Shown in pieces: positions 61,440 through 64,000 of a stretch of 64,000 nt of DNA. This DNA is from an uncultured Bryobacterales bacterium (GTDB lineage: Bacteria > Acidobacteriota > Terriglobia > Bryobacterales > UBA6623). Below the pieces are notes generated by a model, which saw only the letters and a program-made list of their open reading frames with translations, did no database searches and was not told where the DNA came from. Each line of letters starts with the position of its first letter. The stretch's first letter is position 1. A program made the translations under genes and the position numbers. The stretch spans positions 150,236 to 214,235 of the forward strand of contig OY282420.1 of assembly GCA_958295955.1 (NCBI GenBank), in the 5' to 3' direction.

Positions 61440-62462
61440 TCAGTCATAGCCCATAAGCGTCTGGCCGGGCGCGCATGCGGCGGCAAGCTGCGCCCGGTCG
61501 TTCGCGTCGAGGCGCGTCCAGCGCGGCGCTTGCGGCCGCGCCAAGGCGCGGGCGGCCTCCAGCCACCGGCCGTTCTCGTATTCCGGCCCGACAAAACGGA
61601 TGAACCGCTGCAGTTCGCGGGCGGGCTCCTGCAGCAGCGTTTCGTAACGCATCGACAGCACGCGCCCCGGCGGGGCCGCGTCCAGCGCCGCGGCGCCGCG
61701 CACGATCACGCGGCTCCAAAACCGCCCGAACGCGGGCAGCGCGATCTGTGTGCGCCGGTACCGCTCGGCCGTGAAAACCCGGAACCGCAACCACTCGGAA
61801 AACGGGCCCCACGGGCTCGCGCCAAGCAGGTTGAACGGCCGGCCGGGGTCGATCCCGAAGGCAAGCAGCAACTCCTCCGACTGCACGCGCAGACGGAAGT
61901 AGTGGTGCCGCGACATGGATATCGCGGTGTCTCGGCCGTCGCGATAGATGTGGACGAAACGCGCATCGGGAAACAGCTTCATGAACATCGGAACGAACGG
62001 CAGCGAGAGTCCCGAGCGCTCGATCCAGACCTGCTTCCCGAAGCGCTCCGCGAGCCACTCGAAGATGAAGCGGTAATGCATGGCCAACGACGCCCGCCCG
62101 CGCGCCCGCAGCGCCGCGGAAAGGTCGTCCCAGAGACGTTCGTGATCGGCGGTCAGGTGAGGCAGCGTGGTGCATAGGATGGCGGGCACCTCGCCGGCGC
62201 CGTACCGCGCTTCCGGTCCGAGCGGATACAGGAACTCATCGACGACCAAGCCGTTGGTCAGCAGCGCCCGGCCGCCCGGAGACAGCGTGTTCAGCCGCCG
62301 GAAGATCGTCTCGCCGGGCGGATTGCGTCCGCGGAACGCCCGGCTGGTCAGCGACGTGAAGAACTCTGAAACGCTCAGAATATCCGGGTGCTCCCGCACC
62401 ATGTTCGACAGCATAGTGGAGCCGCACCGGCCGGTGCCGACGATGAAGACGGGAGCTGTCAT
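61440..62462 (-). CDS. sulfotransferase family protein
   Basis: 340 aa. The N-terminal PAPS 5-prime-phosphosulfate-binding loop is VGTGRCGSTML, and RDGRDTAIS is a 3-prime-phosphate-binding-like motif. Confidence 0.8.
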   Translation of the reverse strand: MTAPVFIVGTGRCGSTMLSNMVREHPDILSVSEFFTSLTSRAFRGRNPPGETIFRRLNTLSPGGRALLTNGLVVDEFLYPLGPEARYGAGEVPAILCTTLPHLTADHERLWDDLSAALRARGRASLAMHYRFIFEWLAERFGKQVWIERSGLSLPFVPMFMKLFPDARFVHIYRDGRDTAISMSRHHYFRLRVQSEELLLAFGIDPGRPFNLLGASPWGPFSEWLRFRVFTAERYRRTQIALPAFGRFWSRVIVRGAAALDAAPPGRVLSMRYETLLQEPARELQRFIRFVGPEYENGRWLEAARALARPQAPRWTRLDANDRAQLAAACAPGQTLMGYD

Positions 62463-62600
62463 GCGCTGCGCAACATGCGGATTCGGAGAACGCCGCTCGA
62501 ATGCCTATCACGATAGCAATGGCGGCCCCTCAGCCCGCGGTTTCCCGCCGCCGCCTCGACCCATTGCAGATTGCCTTGCTTCGCAAGCACCGCGCTTGCG

Positions 62601-63845
62601 TCAGGCGCGCCGCTCGCCGCCGCCGGCGACTTCGACCCAGGGCACGCTGTGATCGCCGCTCACGGCCAGCGTCTCGGGCGGAGAATCGATGCGGAAGATC
62701 GACCACGGCCCCGGAACGAACGGGTATTTTTCGACGACGGACTCATCGACCTCGACGCCGATGCCCGCTCCGTCGGGCATGACCAGAAAGCCGTCTTCGA
62801 GGTTCAACGGCTCGGTCAGAATCTCGTCCGCGGCCGGAAACGGATACATCCCCGGCTTGCCGTCGTTCGAATGCAACGGGTACTCCAGCCATTCGACTAC
62901 GTTCTCGTCCCGGCAGACGCCAAGCTGCGCCGCCGCGATCACTTCGAGCAGCGTCCCCCAACTGTGGAAGGCAAAACGAATGCCCTGTTTTTCAGCCGCA
63001 TCGAAAATGCGCCGGCCCATCTCGAACCCGCCTTGGCAGCACACGTCCATCTGCACGAAATCCACCCCGCCGGAACGAATCAGATCCAGAAACCCCGCCT
63101 CGTCGGGCTCGTGCTCGCCCGACGCCAGCGTCACGATACGCTTGCCGCGCATGGCGCCGTAGGCGGCGTGGTCGTCGGGGTCGAAGGGTTCTTCGACCCA
63201 GTAAGGGGCGTAGGGCGCAAGGGCGCGGCACAGCTCTTCGATCGTCTGCGGCGAATAGCTGCGATCGCCCATGCGCCACCACGCATGGCAATCGAGCATC
63301 AGGCCGAAATCCGGCCCCACGGCCCGGCGCATCGCCTCGACCGTTTCCAGATCGGCCTGCGGTCCCGCCGCCGGGCGCAGCTTGTAGGCGGGAAAACCCA
63401 ACTTCTGCACGGCGGCGGCTTCGGCCGCGTAGCCCTCGGGAGGCATGTACATCCCCGCCGACCCGTAGCACTTGATCCGCCCGCGCTTGCGGCCGCCCAG
63501 CAAGTCGGACATGGGCGCTCCCTCCGCCTTGGCCGCGGCGTCGATCACCGCAACCTCGACGGCATGGTAGGTTTTCCTGAGCTCCAGCCCGCCGGCGAAG
63601 CCGAAACTACTCCAGTCCGCCGGATCGCGGCCTTCCAGAAAAGGCCCGATCGTCTGCTCGATTTCCCGCGCCGCGCGTTCGTGAGCCGGGCCGGGAGCGA
63701 AGCCCTTGAGCCCGGCGTCGGTCGTGACGCGGATCAGCATCGCGTCGCGTTTCAGAATCGTGCGCAGCCCGCCGTAGAACGGAAGCCGGATCGGCTCCGC
63801 GAACGGACACGACATCAGCAGACCTTCGACTCGGGTAATTTTCAT
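62601..63845 (-). CDS. enolase-superfamily enzyme (mandelate racemase / muconate lactonizing / acid-sugar dehydratase-like)
   Basis: 414 aa. N-terminal capping domain MKITRVEGLLMS... and a barrel with acidic metal-ligand positions (LMLDCHAWW, WVEEPF, VQMDV). Confidence 0.85.
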   Translation of the reverse strand: MKITRVEGLLMSCPFAEPIRLPFYGGLRTILKRDAMLIRVTTDAGLKGFAPGPAHERAAREIEQTIGPFLEGRDPADWSSFGFAGGLELRKTYHAVEVAVIDAAAKAEGAPMSDLLGGRKRGRIKCYGSAGMYMPPEGYAAEAAAVQKLGFPAYKLRPAAGPQADLETVEAMRRAVGPDFGLMLDCHAWWRMGDRSYSPQTIEELCRALAPYAPYWVEEPFDPDDHAAYGAMRGKRIVTLASGEHEPDEAGFLDLIRSGGVDFVQMDVCCQGGFEMGRRIFDAAEKQGIRFAFHSWGTLLEVIAAAQLGVCRDENVVEWLEYPLHSNDGKPGMYPFPAADEILTEPLNLEDGFLVMPDGAGIGVEVDESVVEKYPFVPGPWSIFRIDSPPETLAVSGDHSVPWVEVAGGGERRA

Positions 63846-64000
63846 GGCTGTCGGAAGCTGCGGCGAACGGACACGACGCGGTCAATACCGGCTAAATCGC
63901 GATGAAATTCCGGGGGGCGCCACGCCGCGGCGCGCAGCAATTGCTCGACCGCGTCCCGGCTGTTGTAGCCAAGCTCCATGATAAGCCATCCGCCGGGTTT
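63842..64000 (-). CDS. prmC: release-factor glutamine methyltransferase (PrmC/HemK), C-terminal fragment
   Basis: Hand translation of the minus strand from the window edge gives KPGGWLIMELGYNSRDAVEQLLRAAAWRPPEFHRDLAGIDRVVSVRRSFRQP-stop. This is the typical PrmC tail (GG.l..E.g......DLAG.dRvv). Its TGA overlaps the ATG of the enolase-superfamily gene (ATGA). Confidence 0.6.
   Translation of the reverse strand, partial: KPGGWLIMELGYNSRDAVEQLLRAAAWRPPEFHRDLAGIDRVVSVRRSFRQP

Overview
This is a high-GC bacterial chromosomal segment, above 60% G+C in the stretches I hand-counted. It is densely coding on both strands: about 60 CDS and 3 tRNAs. I see no rRNA, no CRISPR array and no transposase or integrase. 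The gene content is a giant PSCyt/DUF1549/DUF1553 protein, three Cys-type sulfatases, a TAT-signal Gfo/Idh/MocA oxidoreductase and an alternative-complex-III operon. That suggests an Acidobacteriota- or PVC-like soil bacterium, which is inference only.

Main blocks:
- nadC, a hydrolase and yajQ.
- A tight actA-B1-B2-C-D-E respiratory operon (3.7-9.2 kb).
- A stand-alone ketosynthase.
- Carbohydrate and sulfatase genes.
- ggt and thiD.
- An in-frame rbfA-apbE fusion ORF.
- A tRNA Thr-Gly-Thr cluster followed by two tandem Cys/Met-family PLP enzymes.
- trpS, a LysR regulator, and DUF1015 and FAH genes.
- metH, then a P450-dsbD-BON-MFS string.
- A PMI-aminotransferase-coaD operon and rpsU.
- An MpaB / P450 / sulfotransferase group.

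The most unusual stretch is a ~1.2-kb low-GC islet at 39.33-40.58 kb. The first 120 nt of its main ORF are 56/120 G+C by hand count. It encodes a divergent Fe-S-type uracil-DNA-glycosylase-superfamily protein that lacks the canonical catalytic motif. A minimal McrC/DUF524-type PD-(D/E)xK nuclease ORF overlaps its end. I flag this pair as a candidate glycosylase-plus-nuclease DNA-targeting (defence-like) module, or the remnant of one.

Two other notable items are an orphan restriction-endonuclease-like gene (18461-19159) and the rbfA-apbE fusion.

All functional calls rest on motif and family recognition from the translations. No database search was possible.
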